A stretch of DNA of 64,000 nucleotides from an uncultured Clostridia bacterium (GCA_964482715.1 CAYZYX010000001.1:5398-69397), one strand, 5' to 3'. Counted from the stretch's first letter, positions 18,783-29,141 are shown. The notes: a model not told the origin generated them from the sequence alone. Numbers and translations are program-made.

Positions 18783-19040
18783 AATTTTCTCCTTCTTTTT
18801 TAAGAAAAGCTTTCAAAAGAAAAAATATTTTTCCACCTCTCTCTTTTTTTTTGAAAGTCGGGAAAATGGGCCTATTAGCTCGTGTCTTTTCACCTCCTCT
18901 CCGGCCCTTATTTAACCTTATATTTCAAGGTCCAATTTACTATCTTTGTCAAGCAAACTGAGAACAAGTTTTTTTAAAAAGTTCCTTTTCTTTATACCAG
19001 AAGAAACCTGTTTGTCGAGATTTTTGCAGCCTACACATTC

Positions 19041-20204
19041 CTAAATTGCCTCTTCAAATTCACCCAGATCAAGGGGATATCTACCAAATTCTTTCACCAA
19101 TTGCAGGGCATAAGTATAGTTTTCTGGAGGAACATTGCCGGGGACTGAATGATCGGATTGAAAAATGTATCCTCCTCCCTTAGCAGCATTTAGTTTTCTT
19201 AAAACCTCTCTTTTTATGTCTTCCTTACTTCCATTTGCAAGGACTCTCACATCTATATTCCCTACCCAGGCAAGACGCTTGCCGTATTTTTTCTTTAGCT
19301 CTACCACATCAAATCCTGCTTTTGCCTCTAAAGGATTATATCCATCAATTCCAGCATCAATTAGCATATCCATAATCGCTCTGGAATCTCCACATCCATG
19401 ATAGATTACCTTCATTCCCAGACTATGGAATTCTTCACACATTTTCTTTACATAAGGATAAAAGAGCCTTTCCCACAATTCAGGAGAAAAAAGCATTCCC
19501 CGTGTATAAGCCACGTCACCCCATATGTAAAGTCCAGACAGAGCTCCCCCAGCTGCCTTAACCTGAGCTTTTCCAATTCCGATCATAAATTCAGTAATTC
19601 GGGCGTTAAAGTCTCTTATTAGTTCTGGCTCAAGTGCCAGTTTTTGCAAGGCTTCTACTGATCCGATTATTCTCCAGAGGGTCTCGTAAGGTTCACACAC
19701 GCTTCCAAATATGCAGAAATCATTTTTATACATGTTAACTCTTTCTACAAAACTGGGAATATTTTGAATAAATGAATCTCCCACCCCGTTTATCATATCA
19801 TCACCTCTCTGGTAGTAGCGCCGGGAATCGTAAGGATCATCAAATTTGAATTTTTCTATATCTTCACGTGTCTTGACTGAAAAATCAAGATAAGCTGGCA
19901 TGGGATCGTCAAATTTTTTCTTTACCCTGCATTCCCACCCCGTTTTTACAATAACATAGTCATCTGTCTTTTCAATAATCTGAAAATTTTTTATATGGGG
20001 ATCCATATTGGGATTGATCACGATGTAGTCAAGATCAAACCATCGGTAAGGGTCAGCATTTTCTGTTAAGCGATAGTCTTCTCTCCAGCGTTTCAGAAAA
20101 GCACCCCAGAAAAATTCCCCCGTAGGTACTCTATCCGGTTCCTGATGAGAAAGGGCTTTTATTACTCTTTCTCTTTTTATATCACCTCTTAACATCCTGA
20201 TCAC
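19041..20204 (-). CDS. Uroporphyrinogen decarboxylase-like (URO-D/MtaA fold) family protein
   Basis: N-terminal ...IKALSHQEPDRVPTGEF motif; C-terminal SPELWERLFYPYVKK...IYHGCGDS...DVVELKKKYG..LAWVGNID pattern of the URO-D family. Start overlaps the AOR stop by 23 nt. Confidence 0.7.
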   Translation of the reverse strand: MIRMLRGDIKRERVIKALSHQEPDRVPTGEFFWGAFLKRWREDYRLTENADPYRWFDLDYIVINPNMDPHIKNFQIIEKTDDYVIVKTGWECRVKKKFDDPMPAYLDFSVKTREDIEKFKFDDPYDSRRYYQRGDDMINGVGDSFIQNIPSFVERVNMYKNDFCIFGSVCEPYETLWRIIGSVEALQKLALEPELIRDFNARITEFMIGIGKAQVKAAGGALSGLYIWGDVAYTRGMLFSPELWERLFYPYVKKMCEEFHSLGMKVIYHGCGDSRAIMDMLIDAGIDGYNPLEAKAGFDVVELKKKYGKRLAWVGNIDVRVLANGSKEDIKREVLRKLNAAKGGGYIFQSDHSVPGNVPPENYTYALQLVKEFGRYPLDLGEFEEAI

Positions 20205-22125
20205 CCTGTTTTTTGATTTGTTTTTTATCTGGAAGATATTCTTTTATCCATGCCAGATCAAGTTCCCACAATTTTGCCTCCCGTGGTACCCCTTTTTCAT
20301 CCCAGCCCATCATCTCGTAGTAAAGTCTGCGGGCTTTTTCAAAGTCTTCTTTGTTTAATTTTTGTCCTTTTCGAGGTCCGGTTTGAATAGGCTCAAACAT
20401 TCTTGGAGGTAGTTTGTCATCTTCAGAAGCGAAACCCTCTCTCAGATTGAAAATCTTAAACATGTTTATCCTTCGTTCCCCCAGTTTCATGATCTCCCAT
20501 AAAGAGGTTTCCACACCGGTTACAGCTCTCATTGCCTTTACAAGATGGTTTATTTTCATGTGTCTTACAGGTGCTAAAGCAAAAATACATCCACAGATGA
20601 CCTCTAAGGATGACCAGTAAAGCTGGAGATTATAAAACATTCTAACTTTTTTCTCTGATAGACTCTCCGCTGGAAGTCTTTCATAAATTCCTATGGGACC
20701 TGCTTCATCAATAAACTTCTGGGGAGCCTGAAAGTCAAAATCTGAGTCATGTTCAATTACGGCAAAATCGGGACCTATCGGGGATACCGCATATCCAAGA
20801 CCAAGTGCAGCCTTTGCCCGTGGATCATGAGGAGGAAGCTCTTTTCCTTTGGATTGAACGGCCAGGGATAAACATTTTTCTCCCCATTTTTCAGCTACTC
20901 TACAGGACCCTTCGGCAAGCAAATCACCTATTCCTGTGCGGCTTGCAATAAGCTCTATTACTTGAAGAAAGGTATGAGAGTTTCCAAATCTTAAGTCAAG
21001 ATTATCCACATCTTCTTTTTTAACAGCACCTTTTTCCAGACACTCCATAACAAAAGAGATCGTTCCACCCAGAGAGCAAGGATCAAGACCATAACTGCTA
21101 CAAAGCTCGTATGCTTTGAGTATGGTAAAGGTATCCTTTATTCCACAGTTTGACCCCAGGGCTACTGCTGCCTCAAATTCAGGTGCTCCATATATACCCT
21201 CAAGCGCTATTTCACCCCGGGTCAGAGGTTTAAGCAGATGTTTACATCCGGTAGGGCAGGAAAAACACCCCTGGTTTTTTTTCAAAAAATTTTTATAACC
21301 AGGCGTTCCGGGCATATCCTGCCAGCCTTCAATTACCCCTGTTTGAAAGTTGCAGGTTACAAGTTGACCGTCATCATAGACCATCTTAACGGCACCTGCT
21401 GTTCCGTATTCCCACTGGAGACGTGGAATAATATCTTCCATAAAGTGCTGCCTGTAATCTCTGGCGATCTCATCTATTACCTTTTCTTCTTTTACTGTGA
21501 CTTTTCCATCTCCTTTTACAGCTATTGCTTTAAGGTTTTTGGAACCCATAACGGCTCCCATTCCCATACGAAAGTTATGATAGATAAGGTCATTAACTAT
21601 ATTAGCGTATCTTACCAGTTTTTCTCCTGCTGGTCCAATAAGAGAAATTTTTGCCTGAGGATGAGTCTTTTTCTTTAATTCTTCATAAGCTTGGCCTGTC
21701 TCAAGTCCCCAGATAAATTTGGCGTCATTTATGGAAACCTTTTCATTTTCGATCCAGATATATACAGGGCTTTCAGCCTTGCCCTGCACAATGAGGGCGT
21801 CAAAGCCAGCTTTTTTTAATTCGGCACCCCAGAAACCCTCAACCTGGGATTCACCAATACCCCCGGTTAGGGGAGATTTTGCCATTACCGAGTGTTTAGC
21901 AAACCCGGGGAAAGGACATCCAGTTGCAGGTCCAGTGGCAAATATCAAGAGGTTGTCTGGATGAAAGGGATCAGTTGCTGGAGGCACTTCCTTTAGAAGA
22001 TAATAAACCCCTATGCATGCACCTCCCCACAGGAGACGGTACCATGATGAATCTGGCTGCTCTACCCAGGCTTTTCTGGTTGAAAGGTTTATTCGCAATA
22101 TTTTTCCCTGCCAACCAAAAAGCAT
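20182..22125 (-). CDS. aor: Tungsten-containing aldehyde:ferredoxin oxidoreductase (AOR family)
   Basis: N-terminal MLFGWQGKILRINLSTRK (AOR hallmark M.GW.GKILRV.L). Fe-S Cys cluster GCFSCPTGC; size 647 aa. Confidence 0.85.
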   Translation of the reverse strand: MLFGWQGKILRINLSTRKAWVEQPDSSWYRLLWGGACIGVYYLLKEVPPATDPFHPDNLLIFATGPATGCPFPGFAKHSVMAKSPLTGGIGESQVEGFWGAELKKAGFDALIVQGKAESPVYIWIENEKVSINDAKFIWGLETGQAYEELKKKTHPQAKISLIGPAGEKLVRYANIVNDLIYHNFRMGMGAVMGSKNLKAIAVKGDGKVTVKEEKVIDEIARDYRQHFMEDIIPRLQWEYGTAGAVKMVYDDGQLVTCNFQTGVIEGWQDMPGTPGYKNFLKKNQGCFSCPTGCKHLLKPLTRGEIALEGIYGAPEFEAAVALGSNCGIKDTFTILKAYELCSSYGLDPCSLGGTISFVMECLEKGAVKKEDVDNLDLRFGNSHTFLQVIELIASRTGIGDLLAEGSCRVAEKWGEKCLSLAVQSKGKELPPHDPRAKAALGLGYAVSPIGPDFAVIEHDSDFDFQAPQKFIDEAGPIGIYERLPAESLSEKKVRMFYNLQLYWSSLEVICGCIFALAPVRHMKINHLVKAMRAVTGVETSLWEIMKLGERRINMFKIFNLREGFASEDDKLPPRMFEPIQTGPRKGQKLNKEDFEKARRLYYEMMGWDEKGVPREAKLWELDLAWIKEYLPDKKQIKKQGDQDVKR

Positions 22126-22155
22126 CTTTCTCCTCTTTTATTCTTTTTTACTCTA

Positions 22156-23652
22156 TCATTCTATTTTTTCCCATAGAGGAATCTGGCGCTTTTTTCCATC
22201 CTCACCCAGAACTACTGGTTTAATACCTGCTATTTCGGCAAGATAGGTTAGAGCCTCCACTTTATTTCCGGGAATTGCCATAATATGGTTACAGGGAAAA
22301 ACATTAACAAACTCGTCATAATCGCAGTAGAGTTTAGCATGAACATGAGGCCAGGTTGGATCTGTCTGTTCATTCAGCCTTTTTCTCTCCTCTTGTGGCA
22401 AATCAACCACCTCTCCTCTTACCACAACAAGATAAGGCTTGTCATTCCAGAGTCCAAGTCGTGCAAAGGTGAGTTCTCCTGGACAGGCATCAAAAGAAAC
22501 ACTTGCTCCTCCTGCTTTGAAATAAAGTTCAAGTGCAGGATAGAAAGTTATATGCTTGAAATTATCTTCTGGATTGAAACTACGCTCAGCATAAAAACTG
22601 GAATGGTTCCCGGAATTGCAAAAGTCCCATATATCCTTATCGGGATGGTATAATCGGACGTCCATAAAAAGGACTGGAAGCCCTCCAGAGATGTATTTAA
22701 GAAGTTGCATTGTTAGTGCAGCGTAAGCATCAGCTTCGGTGGCACAAACAGTAGACTCTTTTGGACCATTCCAGTCATAGGGGTCATTTAAAATCATCTC
22801 AGCAACATCGGCAACACAAACATATTCCGTGAGTTCTCTCTGACTTTTTATTCCACAGAAGTCAAATCCTTTTTCTTTGTTAACTTCTTTAACTGCAAGA
22901 TAGAGTCTCAGTTGATTTTTCAAATGTTCGGGGGTTAGCATTTTTCCATCGTATTTAATTCTCTCCCCCAGAAGATCGCTTAGCCATTTAAAACCTTTTT
23001 CTACTTCTTTTTCATCAACTTCTCTCATCACCTCCCGCAACAGGAGCTGGTCGATCTGTCTTACTGTAACTCCGAATGTCTTTATGGTTGGAACGAGATG
23101 AAAATACCCGGTTTCCATACCCATCGAATGTCCACCATAACATCCATAAACCTCATTCTTCATGGTTGTAAAAGCCTGGGATGCTCTTACCCAGTTGAAC
23201 ACCTTTCTGCGAGTTATTTCATCATCCATCTCGCCAATAATTCTATGGGTTCTAAATCCAGCCTGTCTTAAGGCTCCATCAGTGGCTAAAAGTCCTACAT
23301 TTCCGGGGAATTTTCCATTATTGTTGGACAGGGATAAAATGGGAATATCTCTTCCAATACTGTTCAAAAATGGCCATACAAAAAAAGGAAAGTTCCAGAC
23401 ATTGTAACACATAATTATCTGTTTACAATTAGCTCGGGAGAGTTCTTCTCCTACTTTTTGTGCAGATCTCACACTGGTAATGATCTCTGATCCTATCACT
23501 ATTTCAGGCTTTGATTTATCTACATTAACTACGTTTTCCTCAATGATTTTTGCCCACTTTCTTACGACCTCCATATTTAAAGGGTTGTTCTTTATAAAAA
23601 CGTGTTCTCGCTCATCGTTGAGCATAACCAAACCTATTGGTGTCGTCCGCAT
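22156..23652 (-). CDS. L-fucose isomerase (FucI)-like family protein
   Basis: NDPYDWNGPKESTVCATEADAYAALTMQ...LFMDVRLY aligns with the E. coli FucI region [26 protein letters not shown]...VFADVRTY. C-terminal NH-containing segment also conserved. Confidence 0.6.
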   Translation of the reverse strand: MRTTPIGLVMLNDEREHVFIKNNPLNMEVVRKWAKIIEENVVNVDKSKPEIVIGSEIITSVRSAQKVGEELSRANCKQIIMCYNVWNFPFFVWPFLNSIGRDIPILSLSNNNGKFPGNVGLLATDGALRQAGFRTHRIIGEMDDEITRRKVFNWVRASQAFTTMKNEVYGCYGGHSMGMETGYFHLVPTIKTFGVTVRQIDQLLLREVMREVDEKEVEKGFKWLSDLLGERIKYDGKMLTPEHLKNQLRLYLAVKEVNKEKGFDFCGIKSQRELTEYVCVADVAEMILNDPYDWNGPKESTVCATEADAYAALTMQLLKYISGGLPVLFMDVRLYHPDKDIWDFCNSGNHSSFYAERSFNPEDNFKHITFYPALELYFKAGGASVSFDACPGELTFARLGLWNDKPYLVVVRGEVVDLPQEERKRLNEQTDPTWPHVHAKLYCDYDEFVNVFPCNHIMAIPGNKVEALTYLAEIAGIKPVVLGEDGKKRQIPLWEKIE

Positions 23653-23678
23653 CGTTTTACTCCTTTTTAATATTTATT

Positions 23679-24863
23679 TTATTTACTTTTGTTTTTAAGC
23701 GAAGAATTGTAATCCTTTACCAGATCAGAGATTAATCTTACTCTTTCAATATCTCCATTTGCTGGAATTTCATCTGATATACCAAGTATGATTTTTGGAG
23801 CAAAAAGATCAATAAGTTTTTTAGCTGTTTCTATAAGTTTTTCTTCACTCTCCCAGGGAAGAAAATAAACTGCCGGTATTCCATCAAGAAGGATGTACCT
23901 GTCTCCTAAAGCTTCCTTTATCTCCTCTACAGTGACATCACCCTGGGGTTTAGGAGTGAGTGCTTCAAAACCGTCAAATCCGGTTTCGGGCACATAGCGC
24001 AGTATGGACTTTACGTACCCATCCCAGTGAACATCGGTGTATTTACCTGCCTCTTTTAATTCACTGGTTCTTTTCTGCCAGTGTGGCATAAGGTATTTTT
24101 CCAGTAAAGGAGGACTTACAAACTTACTGTCTATATTTTCGGGAAAGTTTACTATTTTAACAGGGCTCTTTTTAATTAGCTCGTATGCTTTATCATCAGC
24201 CTCTTCAGCAACTTTAAAGAATCTTTCCATTCGTTGAGGTTGATCATATAGAGCCAGAATAGTATTTTGATAGCCCATGTAAAAAAGAAAAAGTTGCTGT
24301 AATGGAGCACGCGGAACGTTCATTGCCAGAGGAGCACGATCACCTATTTTTTTCTCCACCTCATCCCAGGCATTCTGATCAAAAACAAATTCCTGTTCCA
24401 GAATCATGTATTCCACAATATCAAGGTCTTCCAGCTTTTTTACCGGAAACTCAACTATACTTGGGACAATGGACAGTTCTGAGATATGCCATTTTCTAAC
24501 AAGTTCTCCCTTCGGGGTTTTCATTATCTCAATTAACATATCATTCTGTATTTGTTGCGTGATTTTTATCGATTTACCGGATTTTATCCGGATCACAGGA
24601 GGAACATTTTGAGGGCAGTAACCACCCCTATCTCTCATTCCCCAATCTGTTAGATTTTCTGGAGATGGACGTGGATAAAGATAAGGACGAGGGGAACAGT
24701 TAAGATCATCGTAGATATCAAGGAGACTCATTCCTTCGTACTTTTCAGGAAGAGTTCCTTTTCTTTTATTTACATCATACCAATTTTCAATTCTGGGTTG
24801 CCAGACGATCTGTCCAGGATCTTTACCCTCAAATACCTTAAGCGCCGCTTCTTTAAAGGTCAT
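23679..24863 (-). CDS. Uroporphyrinogen decarboxylase-like (URO-D/MtaA fold) family protein
   Basis: URO-D family C-terminal pattern (SPPLLEKYLMPHWQK...LDGIPAVYF...ILGISDEIP); paralog of 19041 and 44216. Confidence 0.6.
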   Translation of the reverse strand: MTFKEAALKVFEGKDPGQIVWQPRIENWYDVNKRKGTLPEKYEGMSLLDIYDDLNCSPRPYLYPRPSPENLTDWGMRDRGGYCPQNVPPVIRIKSGKSIKITQQIQNDMLIEIMKTPKGELVRKWHISELSIVPSIVEFPVKKLEDLDIVEYMILEQEFVFDQNAWDEVEKKIGDRAPLAMNVPRAPLQQLFLFYMGYQNTILALYDQPQRMERFFKVAEEADDKAYELIKKSPVKIVNFPENIDSKFVSPPLLEKYLMPHWQKRTSELKEAGKYTDVHWDGYVKSILRYVPETGFDGFEALTPKPQGDVTVEEIKEALGDRYILLDGIPAVYFLPWESEEKLIETAKKLIDLFAPKIILGISDEIPANGDIERVRLISDLVKDYNSSLKNKSK

Positions 24864-24913
24864 ATTGAAGCTCCCTTTATGGTAAATTTTAAATCATTTA
24901 CAATTTAAGGTTT

Positions 24914-25744
24914 TTACTTCATTGCACCAAAAGTAAGTCCTCTTACAATGTGTTTCTGGACGATTAAGGAGAAAATAATTACTGGAAGTATAACAATGGT
25001 AGCACCGGCACATATTCTACCCCAGTATATTTCTCTTTCAGTCATTAAACTGGTTAAAGCTAAAGGGGCAGTTTTGGCTACAATCCTGGTGAAAATCAGT
25101 GCAAATAAGAATTCATTCCAGGCAAAGATAAAACAGAGTATTGCTGTAGCTGCAATGCCAGGTCTTGCCAATGGGAAGACAATTTTCCAGAGTGCTTGCA
25201 TCCGGGAACATCCATCTATCATTGCTGACTCTTCCAATTCTTCTGGTATTTCCATAAAGAAAGCACGCATCATCCATATCGCCAGAGGTAGATTAAAGGT
25301 AGTATAAAGCAGGATCAAAGTGAGGTGATTGTCAATCATACGCAGCTTATCAAAAGCAATGAAAAGTGGAACAGTGACCACTATAGGAGGGACCATCCGG
25401 ATACTCAATATCCAGAAAGATAAATTGGTTCCCCCGGTTTTGAATCTTGCTATACTGTATGCAGCCAGAGAGCCAATGAAAACTACCAAAATGGTATTCA
25501 GGATGGCAATAATAGTGCTATTTATAAGATAATGAGAAAACAGTATTTCTGAAAATATGGTTTTATAACTTTGCAAGGTTGGTTTAAATATCCAGACAGG
25601 AGGTATAGAGAAAGTTTGCACCCGGGTTTTAAGGGAAGTAGAAATTACCCAGAAAATGGGGAATATAAAAAAGAATAAGAATAATGCGATAACTATGTAA
25701 GTAATTACATTGAACCAATTTGTCTTTGATTTAATATGTCTCAT
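24914..25744 (-). CDS. Carbohydrate ABC transporter permease (CUT1, MalG-like)
   Basis: EAA loop ESAMIDGCSRMQALWKIVFPL; paralog of 12606..13451. Confidence 0.85.
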   Translation of the reverse strand: MRHIKSKTNWFNVITYIVIALFLFFFIFPIFWVISTSLKTRVQTFSIPPVWIFKPTLQSYKTIFSEILFSHYLINSTIIAILNTILVVFIGSLAAYSIARFKTGGTNLSFWILSIRMVPPIVVTVPLFIAFDKLRMIDNHLTLILLYTTFNLPLAIWMMRAFFMEIPEELEESAMIDGCSRMQALWKIVFPLARPGIAATAILCFIFAWNEFLFALIFTRIVAKTAPLALTSLMTEREIYWGRICAGATIVILPVIIFSLIVQKHIVRGLTFGAMK

Positions 25745-25745
25745 C

Positions 25746-26621
25746 TTATTCCCCTCTCGCCATCAACTTTAAATAGCCCTGGCTAATTGCGATAATTATG
25801 ATGAGCATAATCAAAGATAGAGCAGCTGTGTATCCCATATCGTAGTGCCGAAACCCGTTTCGATAAACATAAAGACTGAGAGGTTCTGTTGACCTTACCG
25901 GTCCCCCATAGGTGGTTACAAAAATTATGTCAAATATCCTGTAAGCATCAATGGTTCGAAAAAGAAGAGCAATAAGTATTGCAGGTTTTAAAAGAGGGAG
26001 TGTTATAAACCTAAAAGTTTGCCAGGCAGAAGCACCATCTATTTTAGCCGCTTCAAATGGTTCTTCGGGTAGACTTTGAAGACCTGCCAGAAGTACCAGA
26101 ATCATAAAGGGCGTCCACTGCCAGATATCTATTAGCATAATTGCTCCAAGAGCGGTATGAACATCCCCTAACCATGACTGAGAAGGTAGATGAATAACTG
26201 AAAAAAAATAGTTAAGAATACCGACCTTATCGTTAAGGATAAACCTCCAGATTAATCCTACCGCAACTGGAGCCAGCATCATCGGAAGAAGAAATAAAGT
26301 TCTTATGATAGATTTACCCTTTACATCACGGGTAAGAATGAGAGCAAGGAATAAGCCAAGGAAGAATTCTATGGTTACAACAAAAACCAGGAAGCGAAAT
26401 GTTACACTCATGGCAGACCAGAAGAATTCATCTTGAAAAAGACGGGTAAAATGAGATAAACCGACAAACGATTTAGGAATTTGTGGTAGAGATGCTTTCC
26501 ATCGGTGAAAACTTAGATAAATCATAAAACCAAATGGATACAAGGTTAAAATTCCTAATATGGCCACAGCCGGTAAGACCAGAATATAGGCTAAAAATTT
26601 TTCTTCCTTACGACAAACCAT
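25746..26621 (-). CDS. Carbohydrate ABC transporter permease (CUT1, MalF-like)
   Basis: EAA loop EAAKIDGASAWQTFRFITLPLL; paralog of 13455..14327. Confidence 0.85.
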   Translation of the reverse strand: MVCRKEEKFLAYILVLPAVAILGILTLYPFGFMIYLSFHRWKASLPQIPKSFVGLSHFTRLFQDEFFWSAMSVTFRFLVFVVTIEFFLGLFLALILTRDVKGKSIIRTLFLLPMMLAPVAVGLIWRFILNDKVGILNYFFSVIHLPSQSWLGDVHTALGAIMLIDIWQWTPFMILVLLAGLQSLPEEPFEAAKIDGASAWQTFRFITLPLLKPAILIALLFRTIDAYRIFDIIFVTTYGGPVRSTEPLSLYVYRNGFRHYDMGYTAALSLIMLIIIIAISQGYLKLMARGE

Positions 26622-26738
26622 CTTTCTTTTCCTTCCTCATCATAATTTTTGAGCAGTTCAATTTTCTGTTCTATAAAGAGAAAGTAACGCATATTAGAAA
26701 GAAGAGGAGCTATTGAACAGCTCCTCTTCTTTTTTTAA

Positions 26739-28052
26739 TTAATATCTGGGTCTGGGGCCTGTTTTTTCTGGATGATATCCCACTCTCTGCATTGCATCAT
26801 AAACTTCAGCAGCGATTTTGTTGAGCCCCTTTTCAGGATCCATTTTTCCTAAAAGAATGTCATTTAACCCGGTGGCTATTATATGTTGGACTTCCATCCA
26901 GTTGAGAATTCTTGGTCGGCCATAAGAGTTTTCCAGAGCTTTCAGCAAAACAGGAGTCCATGGTTGTTTTTCCACAACTTTGGAGTTGGTCAGTACAGAT
27001 TTTCTTGCTGAAGAACCACCGGCAAGAGCAAATTTCAGAGCCATTTTTTTACCCTGAATAAATTCAATGAATTTCCAGGCAGCTATTTTGTGTCTTGAAT
27101 CAGCAGCTATACCCACACCCCAGCCACCTAAGGACTGGAGTCTCAGCAGAGGTGTTCCTGGAGATAGGTCATAACCAACTTTGCCTACCACTTTTGAGGT
27201 CTCCGGATCCTGTAAAGCAGGAAGAAACGCATGCCACTGGAGCATATAGGCAATTTTTCCCTGTTGCATAGCTGTTTGGACTTCATCATAACCCCAGTTA
27301 AGGATTCCCTCAGGCATGAAGGGAAGCAGATTTTTTAAGGTCTTGATGGCTGCTACCCCAGACTCGGTATTAAAGATTGGACACTTATTTTCATCGAAGT
27401 AGTCTCCCCCGTAATTCCAGAGGAAAGGATGAAAACTGCACATCATGGGATCATCAACTTTGAGCGGAATAGCAAGTCCATAAATATCTCCGGAGGTCAA
27501 TTTTTCTGAGGCGACTCTTAGTTCCTGCCATGTGGTAGGAGGACTTATTCCAGCGTTCTCATAAAGGTCCTTTCTGTAAATTCCGATGTATATATCAAAT
27601 TTATTAGGAAGAGCATAAAGACCTCCTTCCCACTCTCCATAAATCGAAACAACAGGTTTAATCAGATCGTCCATATCAAACTCTGGATCATATACTTCTG
27701 GATTGTTAATGAACTGGTAAAGATCCACTACATGACCACCGGTGGCGTATTCAGCTAACCACTGGTAAGGATATTCAACAACATCATAGGCACCTGTATC
27801 AGCAATAAACTCTGCCATTTGCCTTTCGTGCATAGTGGCGTAAGTCTCCTCAACAATAGTAACCTTGGCTCCATATTTAGCCTCAAATTCGGGGATCAAC
27901 TGTTTGATGGCATCAGTATTGGGATTAATCTGAAAAGAACCAACAATTTTAACTCCTTTGATATTTACCTCAGTCCCACCTGTAAAACAACCTAATAAAA
28001 TTACAAGACAAATTGTGCAAATACTAACTCCTACTTTTAGCCACCCGAACAT
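26739..28052 (-). CDS. Extracellular solute-binding protein family 1 (sugar ABC transporter SBP, probable lipoprotein)
   Basis: Signal peptide with LLGC lipobox; paralog of 14392..15726. Confidence 0.8.
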   Translation of the reverse strand: MFGWLKVGVSICTICLVILLGCFTGGTEVNIKGVKIVGSFQINPNTDAIKQLIPEFEAKYGAKVTIVEETYATMHERQMAEFIADTGAYDVVEYPYQWLAEYATGGHVVDLYQFINNPEVYDPEFDMDDLIKPVVSIYGEWEGGLYALPNKFDIYIGIYRKDLYENAGISPPTTWQELRVASEKLTSGDIYGLAIPLKVDDPMMCSFHPFLWNYGGDYFDENKCPIFNTESGVAAIKTLKNLLPFMPEGILNWGYDEVQTAMQQGKIAYMLQWHAFLPALQDPETSKVVGKVGYDLSPGTPLLRLQSLGGWGVGIAADSRHKIAAWKFIEFIQGKKMALKFALAGGSSARKSVLTNSKVVEKQPWTPVLLKALENSYGRPRILNWMEVQHIIATGLNDILLGKMDPEKGLNKIAAEVYDAMQRVGYHPEKTGPRPRY

Positions 28053-28130
28053 GATTAAACCTCCTGTATTTTTAATCCTTTCTTTTTGAAAACTCTATTT
28101 TTCACCTCCTTTCACTATTGGCCTTTCCCT

Positions 28131-29141
28131 TTATTTTTCCCCACAGGACTTTCTTATTATTAACTTTGGCTTTAAGACTATCTCTTCATGAACAGATCTT
28201 CCTCTATTCGTTTTTTCTATTCTCTGGAGTAGGGCCTGACAGGCTATAGTACCAATGGAATAGCTTGGTTGTCTTACAGCAGTTAATGGTGGTTCGATAA
28301 GAGGTGCCCAGATGGGATCATCAAAACCTACTATGGCTATATCATCGGGTATTTTTACCTTCTTTTCTTTCATAGCAAGAAGTGCTCCTGTTGTCATAGC
28401 CTCATTGGTAACAAAAACAGCTTCAGGAGGGTTTTTCATTCCAAGAAATTCTACCATAGCCTTTTTACTTCCCTCTACCCGAAAGTCACCGTATTTTATA
28501 AGTTCGGGTTTTATCTTTAATTCACTTTCTTCAAGAGCATCAAGGTAGCCTGCAAATCTTTGCTCACTGGTCCATATTCCCTTAATACCATTTATTACTC
28601 CAATTCTCTGATATCCCAATTTGATCAGGTGCTTCACAGCTTCATAAGCCCCCTCTTTATTATCCACAACCACCTGGGTGGTGTCTAATTTGTCGATTTT
28701 TCTGTCTACAAGAACAATTGGCATTCCACTCCGGATGAGCTTTTTTACCAGCGATAAGTTCTTTCCTGTGGCAGATAAAATTATTCCGTCTACCTTTCTT
28801 TTATAAAGTTCCTCCAGGTACCCTTTTTCCTTTTGAGGATCCTCATCAGCATTACATAAGGTAACATGGTATCCACCCTGACTTGCCACATCCTCTATAC
28901 CTCTTACCACTGAGGTGAAAAAGAAGGTAGTAACATCAGAAATTATAACCCCAATACTGTAAGTTTTCTTTGTTTTAAGTCCTCTGGCCAGAACATCTGG
29001 CTGATAGCCAATTTCACGAGCAGCCTTAAGAACCTTTAACCTGTTTTCCTCGCTTACATATCCGTAATTGCCCAGCACCCTGCTGGCTACAGCAACAGAT
29101 ACACCAGCTTTCGTTGCCACATCTTTAAGTGTCTTTCGCAT
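28131..29141 (-). CDS. LacI-family transcriptional regulator
   Basis: N-terminal HTH (TLKDVATKAGVSVAVASRVLGN) followed by a periplasmic-binding-protein-like sugar-binding domain. Confidence 0.9.
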   Translation of the reverse strand: MRKTLKDVATKAGVSVAVASRVLGNYGYVSEENRLKVLKAAREIGYQPDVLARGLKTKKTYSIGVIISDVTTFFFTSVVRGIEDVASQGGYHVTLCNADEDPQKEKGYLEELYKRKVDGIILSATGKNLSLVKKLIRSGMPIVLVDRKIDKLDTTQVVVDNKEGAYEAVKHLIKLGYQRIGVINGIKGIWTSEQRFAGYLDALEESELKIKPELIKYGDFRVEGSKKAMVEFLGMKNPPEAVFVTNEAMTTGALLAMKEKKVKIPDDIAIVGFDDPIWAPLIEPPLTAVRQPSYSIGTIACQALLQRIEKTNRGRSVHEEIVLKPKLIIRKSCGEK

